Shown: in pieces, positions 1 to 8,905 of the stretch | How the letters are laid out: every line of letters starts with the position of its first letter | Position numbering within the stretch: position 1 is the first letter of the stretch | Assembly: GCF_006345805.1 (NCBI RefSeq) | Contig: NW_021825765.1 | Location: forward strand, 1 to 14,554 | Direction: 5' to 3' | DNA: 14,554 bases | From: Octopus sinensis | Lineage: Eukaryota | Translations under genes and position numbers: made by a program | Notes under the pieces: model-generated | Seen by the model: the letters and a program-made list of their open reading frames with translations, nothing else | Told to the model about the DNA's origin: nothing | The model's database searches: none

Positions 1-16
1 ATCCTTTCCTACTTCT

Positions 17-89
17 TCTCTCTCTCTCTCTCTCTCTCTTCTAGCTCTTTATCTCCCTCCGTCACACACACACACACACACACACACAC
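17..89. repeat. (CT)n and (CA)n microsatellites
   Basis: Perfect CT run ~17-39 and CA run 63-89. Confidence 0.95.
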
Positions 90-118
90 TTCTAGAAGGC
101 AGTGATGCATTAATATAA

Positions 119-356
119 ATATATATGTGTGTGCGTGTGTGTGTATGTATGCATGTGTATATTTATACCTTTATATATGTGTGTGTATGTGTCTGTGTGT
201 GTATATACACACATCCATACATACATATACATATATGAAACCACACTTTTCATATATGTATGTATGTATGCAGGTATGTATAAGTATATGTAATATATAT
301 ATATATGATGTATCCGTTTGGATTGTTTTTGGTTTAAAAAATATATATTTCTATAT

Positions 357-388
<32 letters not shown>
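119..388. repeat. Compound TG/TA/TATG microsatellite and low-complexity tract
   Basis: Dinucleotide runs; accounts for the spurious ORFs 110-406 and 127-420. Confidence 0.9.
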
Positions 389-390
<2 letters not shown>

Positions 391-559
391 ATGTGTGAAA
401 ATGCATTCAATTTATATTGAGAGATCAAAATAGATTACATCCATATTCTGAGTACATACATGCATACATATTCGCACACACGCATGCGCGCACACGCATA
501 CATAGATAATGCTAATATATTTGTATTAAATTACGTATCAGTTTAACTAATATCGATAT

Positions 560-653
560 TGATTTCAAGTTTTTGGCACAAGGCCAGCACGTTTAGGGAG
601 GAGGAAGTCAATTACATCGACGCCAGAGCTCAACAGGCACTTATTTTATCGAC
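560..653 (-). mobile_element. 3' fragment of a tRNA-derived SINE (same family as 5976-6193)
   Basis: Reverse complement GTCGATAAAATAAGTGCCTGTTGAGCTCTGGCGTCGATGTAATTGACTT...GGCCTTGTGCC aligns by eye to GATCGATAAATTTAGTACCAGTTGCGTACAGGGGTCGATCTAATCGACTT...GGCCTTGTGTC at ~6096-6174. Head is absent. Confidence 0.85.
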
Positions 654-699
654 ATAGCATAGTTAACCTCAGCAGGGTTACCGTAGGGGTTTCTTAAAA

Positions 700-1020
700 C
701 CCCTACGGTAACGTGATGTTGTTGCTAAAACAGTATTCAATGTCATTTGTAAAAAAGATGGACCCCCGCCACCAGAATTTACAAACTATACTCCTGCGAT
801 TGATAAGCTATACCGCTACATGTACACATATTATCACAAGAAATATTGGTAGAACATTCCTAACACGATATCTACCAAATGCAAACCAAACCTAACTGGC
901 CTGATATAGTTATTCGGGACGGAAAAGAAAATTGTGTATTTTCATAGCAGTTTCTGTTCTGAAGGTGTGAAGACTTTTTCCCCAAAACAACAAGAAGAGA
1001 TTTTTTTATGGACATCTATA
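700..1020 (+). pseudogene. Decayed C-terminal fragment of a non-LTR retrotransposon with restriction-like endonuclease (R2/R4/NeSL group; clade not resolved)
   Basis: Frame from 700: PLR*RDVVAKTVFNVICKK...YYHKKYW*NIPNTISTKCKP; after a frameshift NWPDIVIRDGKE (PD at 900-905); after another CIFIAVSV (935-958); then KQQEE..YGHL (to 1018). Motif order matches RHD..VAK / YWWN.PI.T / N.PDIVI.D / C.FIDVSVP / K..EK...Y..L of RLE LINEs. The ORF track missed it (stops, frameshifts). Confidence 0.65.
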
Positions 1021-1313
1021 TTTCCGATGCTGTTTGCAAATTCACATGTATACACATAACTAGTAACAAATGTCTATGCGCTGACCTGGTCAAGCTAAGG
1101 CTTTCGGGCAAAGAAAAAGATCAGTAATATAAATATTCAAGATTTTCTGAAGTTCAACATGTAACGGTTATCATTCTTGCCATACAGATTCAAGAGATAA
1201 AACTTTGTATTTTGTTAGAAACTAGCACCATTTTTCTGAATGTATTTCAATAACTAAAAGGTAGTGAAAACATACTTATATATATATATTATTAACATGC
1301 ATACGCATAATAT

Positions 1314-1384
1314 TCCATCCATCCATCCATCCATCCATCCATCCATCCATCCATCCATCCATCCATCCATCCACCCATTCATCC
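1314..1384. repeat. (TCCA)n tetranucleotide microsatellite
   Basis: Near-perfect CCAT array. Confidence 0.95.
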
Positions 1385-1449
1385 ATACACAATTCTGGTG
1401 CATCTAAATTAAGTACCATATTCATTTGAATCTAAATTTTTGCTGAACT

Positions 1450-1649
1450 TATAAATATATATATATATATATATATTAAATTAGAGATAAAACCACTATT
1501 AGGCAAATCAAACAGTGAAAAACATAAACCAATAAATAGAAATAAATTAATTAATATAATATACAAAATATACAAAATATACAAATATAAAATTCTAAAT
1601 TTAAATTTAAAGTTAAAATTTAAAAATATTTAAATTATTAATCTATACT

Positions 1650-1700
<51 letters not shown>

Positions 1701-2525
1701 ATTTTATTTTTTATTTCTATTATCATGATATTTTTTTTTTTATTATTATTATTTTTTTAAAAATAAATATTACTATCAAAAAGAATTAAAAGTTTAATAT
1801 AAGATAAAGAGTAAAACCACTACGATCGTTTCATGCTCATAATCTAATTCGAATAACAATAATTTAAATTCAATCAATAATTCGAATTATGGTTATAGTC
1901 AATCTTCAGGTTAATGATAATATTTAAATAAATAATCAAAAATATTTAAACAATATTTTTTAAGAAATGAATAAAATAATAATTTTTCTTATAAAAAACT
2001 CTATTATCAAACTAGAAACATTAACGATTATGATTATGTCATACAATCGATTATAATGTTAAATATTAATTTTTAAGTATTCATTTTTAAGGTAAGAAAC
2101 CCACAGTTATAGTCAATATCTAATTATATAAATATTTTACAAAAAAGAAAAAAAAATGACTATTCATATTATTAAATATAATTTCAAGTCGAATAATTAT
2201 ATAATATTTGAATAATAACTAAATTATCAATGAAAATATATAAATGTACATAAATATAAGAATTAAAATATTTAATTAAAATATTTATGAAATTAGATAT
2301 TGACTATAACTGAGATTAGATTAAGGTTTCATAACTTATAAATTAATACCAAAAAATTAATATTTAACATTATAATCGATTGTATGACGTAATCATAATT
2401 CGAATTATTAATTGAATTTAAATTATTGTTATTCGAATTAGATTATGGGCATGAAACGATCGTAGTGGTTTTACTCTTTATCTTATACTAAACTTTTAAT
2501 TCTTTTTGACAGTTATATTTATTAA

Positions 2526-2570
<45 letters not shown>

Positions 2571-2860
2571 TAATAATAATAATAATAAAATAAAAATAAT
2601 ATAATATTATATATATATATACACATATATATAAATATAATATATATATAAATTTATAAGTATAAATTGATAATTTAAATATTTTTAAAATTTTAACTTT
2701 AAATTTAAATTTAAATAATTCAAATTTTGAATTTTATATTTTGCATATTTTGTATATTATATTAATTAATTTATTTCTATTTATTGGTTTATGTTTTTCA
2801 CTGTTTGATTTGCCTAATAGTGGTTTTATCTCCAATTTAATTTAAATATATATATTTATA
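1450..2860. mobile_element. 1.4-kb AT-rich fold-back (arms 1450-2139 and 2277-2860, spacer 2140-2276); probable inverted pair of Penelope-like pseudo-LTR sequences
   Basis: Arms are reverse complements, e.g. GAGATAAAACCACTATTAGGCAAATCAAACAGTGAAAAACATAAACCAATAAATAGAAATAA (from ~1484) vs 2764-2832, and CAGTTATAGTCAATATCTAATT (2104-2125) vs 2291-2312. Both outer ends run into TA repeats. The inverted repeat is certain; the Penelope assignment is inferred from the hammerhead motif. Confidence 0.75.
1817..1912 (-). ncRNA. Degenerate type I hammerhead ribozyme motif
   Basis: Minus strand: CTGAAGA (1909-1903), a long helix II with a perfect distal 10 bp (TAATTCGAAT/ATTCGAATTA), GAAACGATCGTA (1832-1821) with palindromic ACGATCGT helix III and GUA site. 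Proximal helix II and helix I are mismatched. Confidence 0.55.
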
Positions 2861-2923
2861 CTGTTAAATTAGATTTAATCCTAAATCTAATTTTTCCCTG
2901 TATGTTTGGATTTACTCCCTAAT

Positions 2924-2929
2924 ATTATT

Positions 2930-2970
<41 letters not shown>
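2924..2970. repeat. (AT)n microsatellite
   Basis: Perfect AT run. Confidence 0.95.
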
Positions 2971-2972
<2 letters not shown>

Positions 2973-3089
2973 GTTCGTATCTATGCGGTGAATAAAATTT
3001 ATCTTTTTACTTGTTATATATTATATATATATTTAATATAATATATATATATAATATATATATAATATAACAAGTAGAAAAATGTAAGA

Positions 3090-3408
3090 TGTCCGGCGTG
3101 AGGGATATCATCGTAGAGTATACACGCAGCAAGCTTAGATGGGCTGGACACGTCGCCGGGCTCACCGATAATCGGTGGACCCGCGCAGTTGTCGAGTGGT
3201 ACCCGCGCGAGAGGAAACGACCACCCGGAAGGCCTCCACGACGGTAGAGTTACGATTTCAGGAGGACGATTGGGACCACGTGGATGAGAAAGGCGCGATC
3301 CAGAGAGGAGATGACAGCGTGCTGTGACCAGCGGTGTCAAATGGACTCCTGACGGACTGGTCGGTCAAGGTGATCAAGGTGATATATATATATGATAGAG
3401 ATAGAGAG
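3090..3408 (+). mobile_element. 5'-truncated RTE-clade LINE 3' end with target-site duplication
   Basis: Frame 3089-3352: SGVRDIIVEYTRSKLRWAGHVAGLTDNRWTRAVVEWYPRERKRPPGRPPRR*SYDFRRTIGTTWMRKARSREE... matches the RTE C-terminal KLRWAGHV.R...RW...V.EW.P...KR..GRP..RW pattern, with one TGG>TAG stop at 3245. Tail (TCAAGGTGA)x2 at 3365-3382. TSD AGAAAAATGT(A/G)AGA at 3076-3089 and 3409-3422. Confidence 0.9.
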
Positions 3409-4697
3409 AGAAAAATGTGAGAGTAAGAAGAGAAAAGAAAAGAGAAGTTGAGAAACCAAAATGATGTTTACATTGTCTTCTATAAAGCCTTCGGTTATCT
3501 CTGGTATCTTACTTTTGGGTATCCGTTTCAAATCATACACAAGGATCTTTGTAAGGAACACATTGAGCAATATGGACAAGTGTGCTCTGCGGCTGGGAAC
3601 AGTACTAGACTGTCATGCTTTCAACGGCTTTCATTGAATATCGCAGTAATTAGAATTGACCTAACACGAAACAACAAGAGTAGCAACAACTATGTAAGAT
3701 AACCGGTGCCTGTAACACGTATCAATTCACTATAGCTGGAAAGAGATAAATCTGTGGCACTATTTAAAAGAACGGCCTAACTGAAAGCTCTTTTAAGAGT
3801 AGATTATAGCTGCATATAAACTCTTGCAAATAGCGATAACACAGATAGACATCTAATTTAGGTGTGTATATGAATGCGTGTGAAGATGCATAAACGCATA
3901 CTCAGTGGGATTATAAGTATTAATGCATGAAGGACAATTTGCCTTTCTCTCTGCTGTTGCGTTTGTGCCTTTCTATTTGTCATTCTCTCTCATTTTCTAT
4001 GTATGTATATATATGTATACAAATATACACACACATTCATGTATAGATAGGTAATAGAGAGAGAGAGAAAGAGAGAGAGAAAGTAGAATGAATGCTTGTA
4101 ACAGTTAATGTGTGTGTGTGTGTGCGTGTATAACCACACACGCGCACGCACGCCCACACACGCACACGCGGACACACACTCACACACACATACACACACA
4201 CACACAGAATTGTATGTATATACATGTATCTGTATGTAAGAGTGTATATCTGTGTATGTACAGCAGCATATAATCCTTGTACAAGGCCAAATCCATAAAA
4301 ATAATCAAATAACAAAACTATAAAAGAAATGAAAAATTAACCACCCAAACTTATAACAACGAATCTTACACACATATTTATTGACACACCCGCTTATAAA
4401 GATATATCCATATATCTACACTCACATGTTCATGCATGTACACTCCATTATATACATGGCCCCACATATACACACGCATACACATAGACATACACACATA
4501 TACGTACACAACCAGATTTACAGATACATACGTATGAATATGAATGCGGCCAACTATTCCATATCCTTCTACGCCTCGATCAGAAGAAACCACGTCTGGT
4601 GAGTTAGCTCGCCTCTGCGGGTTGAAAGGTCGCCGGAGAAGATACATCATTTATCCAACTTGTCTGTGTATATAAAGCTGTGACTGACTCTATTGCA

Positions 4698-4960
<263 letters not shown>

Positions 4961-5975
4961 GGATGTATGCGATTGTATGAGGTGTTTTGCGTATTGTGTT
5001 ACTGTTTAGCATATCGTGACGGCAATCAAACCAATATGTCCGCCAAATGATATTGAAACGGTGTAGTACTGTGATAGCTTCACACTCTGTCTGTCTCTAA
5101 TAAATAATGTAATAAATAGCGGATGGAGGAGATGGGAGTTTATTGGTGACGAGAATAGTTCTGTTCTTGTTGTTATTAGTGGCTGGGGTGATGGCAGTTA
5201 TGATGGTGTGTGTATTTTAGCCTGGTCTGAGGTTTGATACGGTTTGGTTAGGTGTGGTGTGATATGATGTGATGGGATACAGTGTGTTGTGGATATAAGT
5301 CTTGCTTCTAGTGTTAGAGGTGGTTCTATTGTTTTATTACATTATATTGTATTACATATTGTTTTGTTGTAGTTTGACGCTCTTTATGCTCTATATTTGT
5401 CATATTTTGCTGTATTTTGTTTTATTTCCCTTCAATCTATCCATAATTTCTGGACATATATGAGGCGTCATCATTCGTTATTTTCGCATTATGATATAGA
5501 CTTTAAAATATTTTTTCTCTCTCTCTTCCTATATATACTATTTCTCCCTTTCTCCATCTGTTTCTTTTAATCACACTCATCGACCATCTATATACCTGCA
5601 TATTTATACATTAAACTATTTGCATCTCTTTTTCTCTGTCTCCCTCTCTCTTCCTATGCCCCTCTTTATCTCTCATCCTCTTTCTCTCCATTCTCTATCT
5701 AAATTCATATCCATTTTCGATCAATTTATCTACCTCCCTAAATGCACACACACGCACACACACGCACACAGACACAGGCACACACACAACTTTATATTTA
5801 TCTCTATACACATCTATCTATAGTACATAGAATGTATTCCATATAAAGATTCTCATTCTATCATTCTATATATCAATTTACGCACATCGCCTTCAATATA
5901 TAATCTATCTTCAACACTAACATACAGGCATCCAGGTTTATCTTTTAAATATATATTACAATAGATTAAACCTTA

Positions 5976-6193
5976 AAGACGGCAAGCTAGCAGATATGTT
6001 AGCACGCTGGGCGAAATGCTTACTGGCATTTCGTCTGTCTTTACGTTCCGAGTTCAAGTACCAGTGAGGTCGACTTTGCCTTTTATCTTTCGGGGATCGA
6101 TAAATTTAGTACCAGTTGCGTACAGGGGTCGATCTAATCGACTTGTCCCCTCCTCAAAAATTCGGGCCTTGTGTCTAGAATAGAAAAGAATGT
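5976..6193 (+). mobile_element. Full-length tRNA-derived SINE (octopus OK-like, name tentative)
   Basis: tRNA-like head GACGGCAAGCTAGCAGATATGTTAGCAC, B-box-like GAGTTCAAGT (~6050), body CTTTCGGGGATCGATAAATTTAGTACCAG; 11-bp TSD ATTAAACCTTA at 5965-5975 and 6194-6204. Confidence 0.9.
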
Positions 6194-6369
6194 ATTAAAC
6201 CTTATTTGCATCTGTACAAAACCCTCTTCCTTTCTTTTACTTTGACACGATCTCTATCACTCCCTGCCTCTCTTTCCCTCTCTCTGAATACACTACATGT
6301 CTATAGTATTCTACACAAATACATAGTTCCCTACACTATATGCATACACACATGATAAACGTGTGTGTA

Positions 6370-6408
<39 letters not shown>

Positions 6409-6450
6409 GTGTCTGTATATATATAAGAGAGCAAAGTGTACGTACACCGC

Positions 6451-6481
<31 letters not shown>

Positions 6482-6537
6482 AGTGAGAGAGAGATACAAA
6501 TAAAGAGTTTTTTATTCGAACAAATCGACGTTAGGAC

Positions 6538-6663
6538 TTATACATACATACACACAAACCTACATACATACATACATACATACATATATACATACATACA
6601 CACACACATACATACATACATACATACATACATACTACATACATACATACATACATACATACA
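6538..6663. repeat. (TACA)n tetranucleotide microsatellite
   Basis: Imperfect CATA array. Confidence 0.95.
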
Positions 6664-6882
6664 TTGATGTATATTTTTCAGTCGCAAAGTGACCATAGGC
6701 GACTGAATGGCCGAATGCTTGGGGCATTGCCATTTCTCATTAACTTATGTGCAAGGTACGAAGCTTACGTCCCTTGAATCGTATGACTAACTTTACTTAT
6801 GAATGAATATATATGTTAGTAGCGGTAGTAGTGGTAGTGGTGGTAGTAATGGTGATATTGTGATGGTAGTGGTAGTCATGAG

Positions 6883-7118
6883 ATTAGGGCGGCGAGCTGG
6901 TAGAAACGTTAGCACGCCGGCCGAAATGCTTAGCAGTATTTCGTATGTCGCTACGTTCTGAGCTCAAATCCCGCTGAGGTCGACTTTGCCTTCCATCCTT
7001 TCGGGGTCGATAAATTAAGTACCAGTTACGCACTGGGGTCGATATAATCGACTTAATCCGTTTGTCTGTCCTTGTTTGTCTCCTCTGTGTTTAGCCCCTT
7101 GTGAGTAGTAAAGAAATA
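6883..7118 (+). mobile_element. Full-length tRNA-derived SINE (same head/body as 5976-6193, different tail)
   Basis: Head GGCGGCGAGCTGGTAGAAACGTTAGCACG from 6888, B-box-like GAGCTCAAATCC; 12-bp TSD GGTAGTCATGAG at 6871-6882 and 7119-7130; inserted in a GGT/GTA low-complexity tract. Confidence 0.92.
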
Positions 7119-7789
7119 GGTAGTCATGAGGTTTGTGTGAGTGTTATGGTTGCTGTTGTTGTTGTTAATAGTGTTGGCGATGGTTGTCATGGTGGTAGCG
7201 CTGTTTCAGTTTTTCTTTAATTGCAACTCAGTCCTCGCCAAATAGTCCAATGAACAATGCCACTTCAAGCATGACCCACCTGTTTACTTTTTCTTATATG
7301 CAGAGAACCCAAAATCACATTGTCAAATGTGTTCTTCTATAAAACGATTGGGTGTGGTTTGAGGGAGTTTCCTGCTACCATTTCTAACCAGTTCTGTGAC
7401 CACAAATAATCTCCTCTGTTAGATCACTGCATGGAGATTTGTGAATATAAACCGTTTGAAATATAAACCGTTCGGCTGTTGTAAAGATAAATGGCTATTT
7501 TTGTTTATGCATTATAATAGCTTGTGTTAGACTGGACAATGGTAAATTTTGTGTTCATGGAATAACATCTACTTCCATCATTGAAAGTGGAAAGAGTGAA
7601 AAACTATTTCAACAGATTCTGGTGTTAGAAATTTATTAATAATGCTTTCATAATAAACTGCATATGAATTATGGCGGTGTGATTTTAATAGATTCCGTAT
7701 GTTCAACATGAAATCGGTCAAATCTGTCTCGTTCGTTTGTTAATGCTATGGTAATGACTGGCTGTGGTTTACTCTGCATTATAGCTGGC

Positions 7790-8040
7790 ATGTCTTTGTG
7801 AAATGAAGAAAGAAGATAATGGTATAATGGTCGGTGAATGTTGATGAAGATTGCTAAGGGTCGGTGTTGGTTGGGATGTTACTGATACAGGAAGTGATGG
7901 TGTTAGCGATTTTATTTTCGCTAATGGTATGATGGTGGTGAGGATGTTGGGAACGATGCTGGTTACGATGTTGTAGGCGATGGCGTATTGGTTAAGGATA
8001 CTATTGCACAAGTAAGATATGGGGTGGAGTGTGGTAATTT
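7790..8040. repeat. GT-rich triplet low-complexity tract
   Basis: Degenerate GGT/GAT/GTT triplets; explains the T/I/P-rich ORF 7769-8053. Confidence 0.6.
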
Positions 8041-8198
8041 TTACATAGTGCACTCTCTGCTGTTTGGTGTAATATTCTGTACATCAGCAGGTACTTTCGC
8101 TCGCGATGAATAGTTACGAGGTGTAGTGTAACCGTCTGAACATAATTCTTACTATCACTGTACACCAATAGATGCAGTTGAGGTTGCTGCGGACAAAT

Positions 8199-8268
8199 TA
8201 CTTATTTTTGCCAGCTGAGTGAACTTCAGAAGCGTGAAATAAAGAGCTCAAGAACACAACACATCACC
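8199..8268 (-). mobile_element. Isolated central (CORE-like) fragment of the SINE family seen at 14061-14374
   Basis: Reverse complement GGTGATGTGTTGTGTTCTTGAGCTCTTTATTTCACGCTTCTGAAGTTCACTCAGCTGGCAAAAATAAGT aligns to ~14122-14195. Confidence 0.8.
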
Positions 8269-8366
8269 TTGTTGAGGGATCTAACTATTTAGATACACAC
8301 CTCCACACATGTACACATACACACAAATTTATGTTTGTGTTTATATTCATACATATATGTATGTAT

Positions 8367-8846
8367 GTTAAACATGGAGGAGGATCTGTGATTATCTGGG
8401 GTGGTGTGGAGGCTATATCTTGGAAATCCGCCGGCCCAGTGGTTTTCTTTCATGGCAGAATTAATAGTCAAACCTATTTAAGCATTTTATCTGATCAAAT
8501 TCATTCTATGTTGCGGAACCGTTACAGAATGGCACGAGGAACATTCTAGTGAAGTTGAACACCTTATCTGGCCACCACAGTTCCCAGATCTCAATATTAT
8601 TCAACATTTATGGTGCATTTTAGAAAAACAAGTAAGGAGTCGATATCATCCACCATCATCACTACAAGAACTGGAGACTATTTTAGCTGAAGAATGGACA
8701 AAAATTCTTTTGGAAACAATTCAAACTTTGTACGAGTCAATATCTCATAGAATTCAAGTTGTAATTACTACCAAAGGCGGTCCTACCCCATATTAAAATA
8801 AATTTGTTTGAAATATAAGGCGTTTCCATAATTTTGTCCAACCCCT

Positions 8847-8847
<1 letters not shown>
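8367..8847 (+). mobile_element. 3' half of a Tc1-family DNA transposon (transposase pseudogene plus right TIR)
   Basis: VKHGGGSVIIWG..AISWKSAGP...GRINSQTYLSILSDQIH from 8367; frameshift; EWHEEHSSEVEHLIWPPQFPDLNIIQHLWCILEKQV...KGGPTPY* (8527-8796), the Tc1 WPPQSPDLNPIE motif. TIR-like GTTTCCATAATTTTGTCCAACCCCTC at 8822-8847, followed by a TA run. Confidence 0.92.
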
Positions 8848-8882
<35 letters not shown>

Positions 8883-8905
8883 CATTGTGCGAGTAGTTTA
8901 CTGTA

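Noticed and set aside
110-420. ORFs of I/Y/H/T/C/V residues here and at 3990-5050, 5620-6667, 12521-13201, 13282-13848
   Set aside because: Translations of TA/CA/TG, TTTC and TATC microsatellites; no coding signal.
713-895. 60-aa ORF MMLLLKQ...
   Set aside because: Wrong frame; the recognisable LINE motifs are in the other frames.
1450-2860. Mitochondrial control region / NUMT because of extreme AT content
   Set aside because: No tRNA, rRNA or mitochondrial protein remnants seen; inverted arms and hammerhead motif fit a mobile element better.
2974-3003. TTCGTATCT...AAAATTT resembling 11670-11695
   Set aside because: Only a 9-bp exact match; too short to claim a related element.
3014-3340. 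108-aa minus-strand ORF
   Set aside because: Antisense of the GC-rich RTE fragment running into TA repeats.
3338-3360. RTE 3' end CAAATGGACTCCTGACGGACT resembling the SINE tail at 14341-14374
   Set aside because: Needs a ~13-nt gap for short matches; not enough to call this LINE the SINE partner.
3337-3702. ORFs 3337-3579 (-) and 3448-3702 (+), with donor-like GTAAGG/GTAAGA
   Set aside because: No recognisable domain, no good matching acceptor, ORFs run into low-complexity DNA.
5978-6065. tRNA genes at the SINE heads (also 6888, 12344, 14061)
   Set aside because: No complete cloverleaf; each continues into a SINE body, and two have TSDs.
7280-7410. Acceptor-like TTTTTCTTATATGCAG at 7303
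   Set aside because: No donor and no recognisable peptide downstream.
7444-7472. 13-bp direct repeat AATATAAACCGTT with 16-bp period
   Set aside because: Ordinary small tandem duplication.
8687-8735. CTGAAGA...GAAAC hammerhead-like spacing
   Set aside because: Lies within Tc1 coding sequence; five unpaired bases after the core and no helix I, so a chance match.
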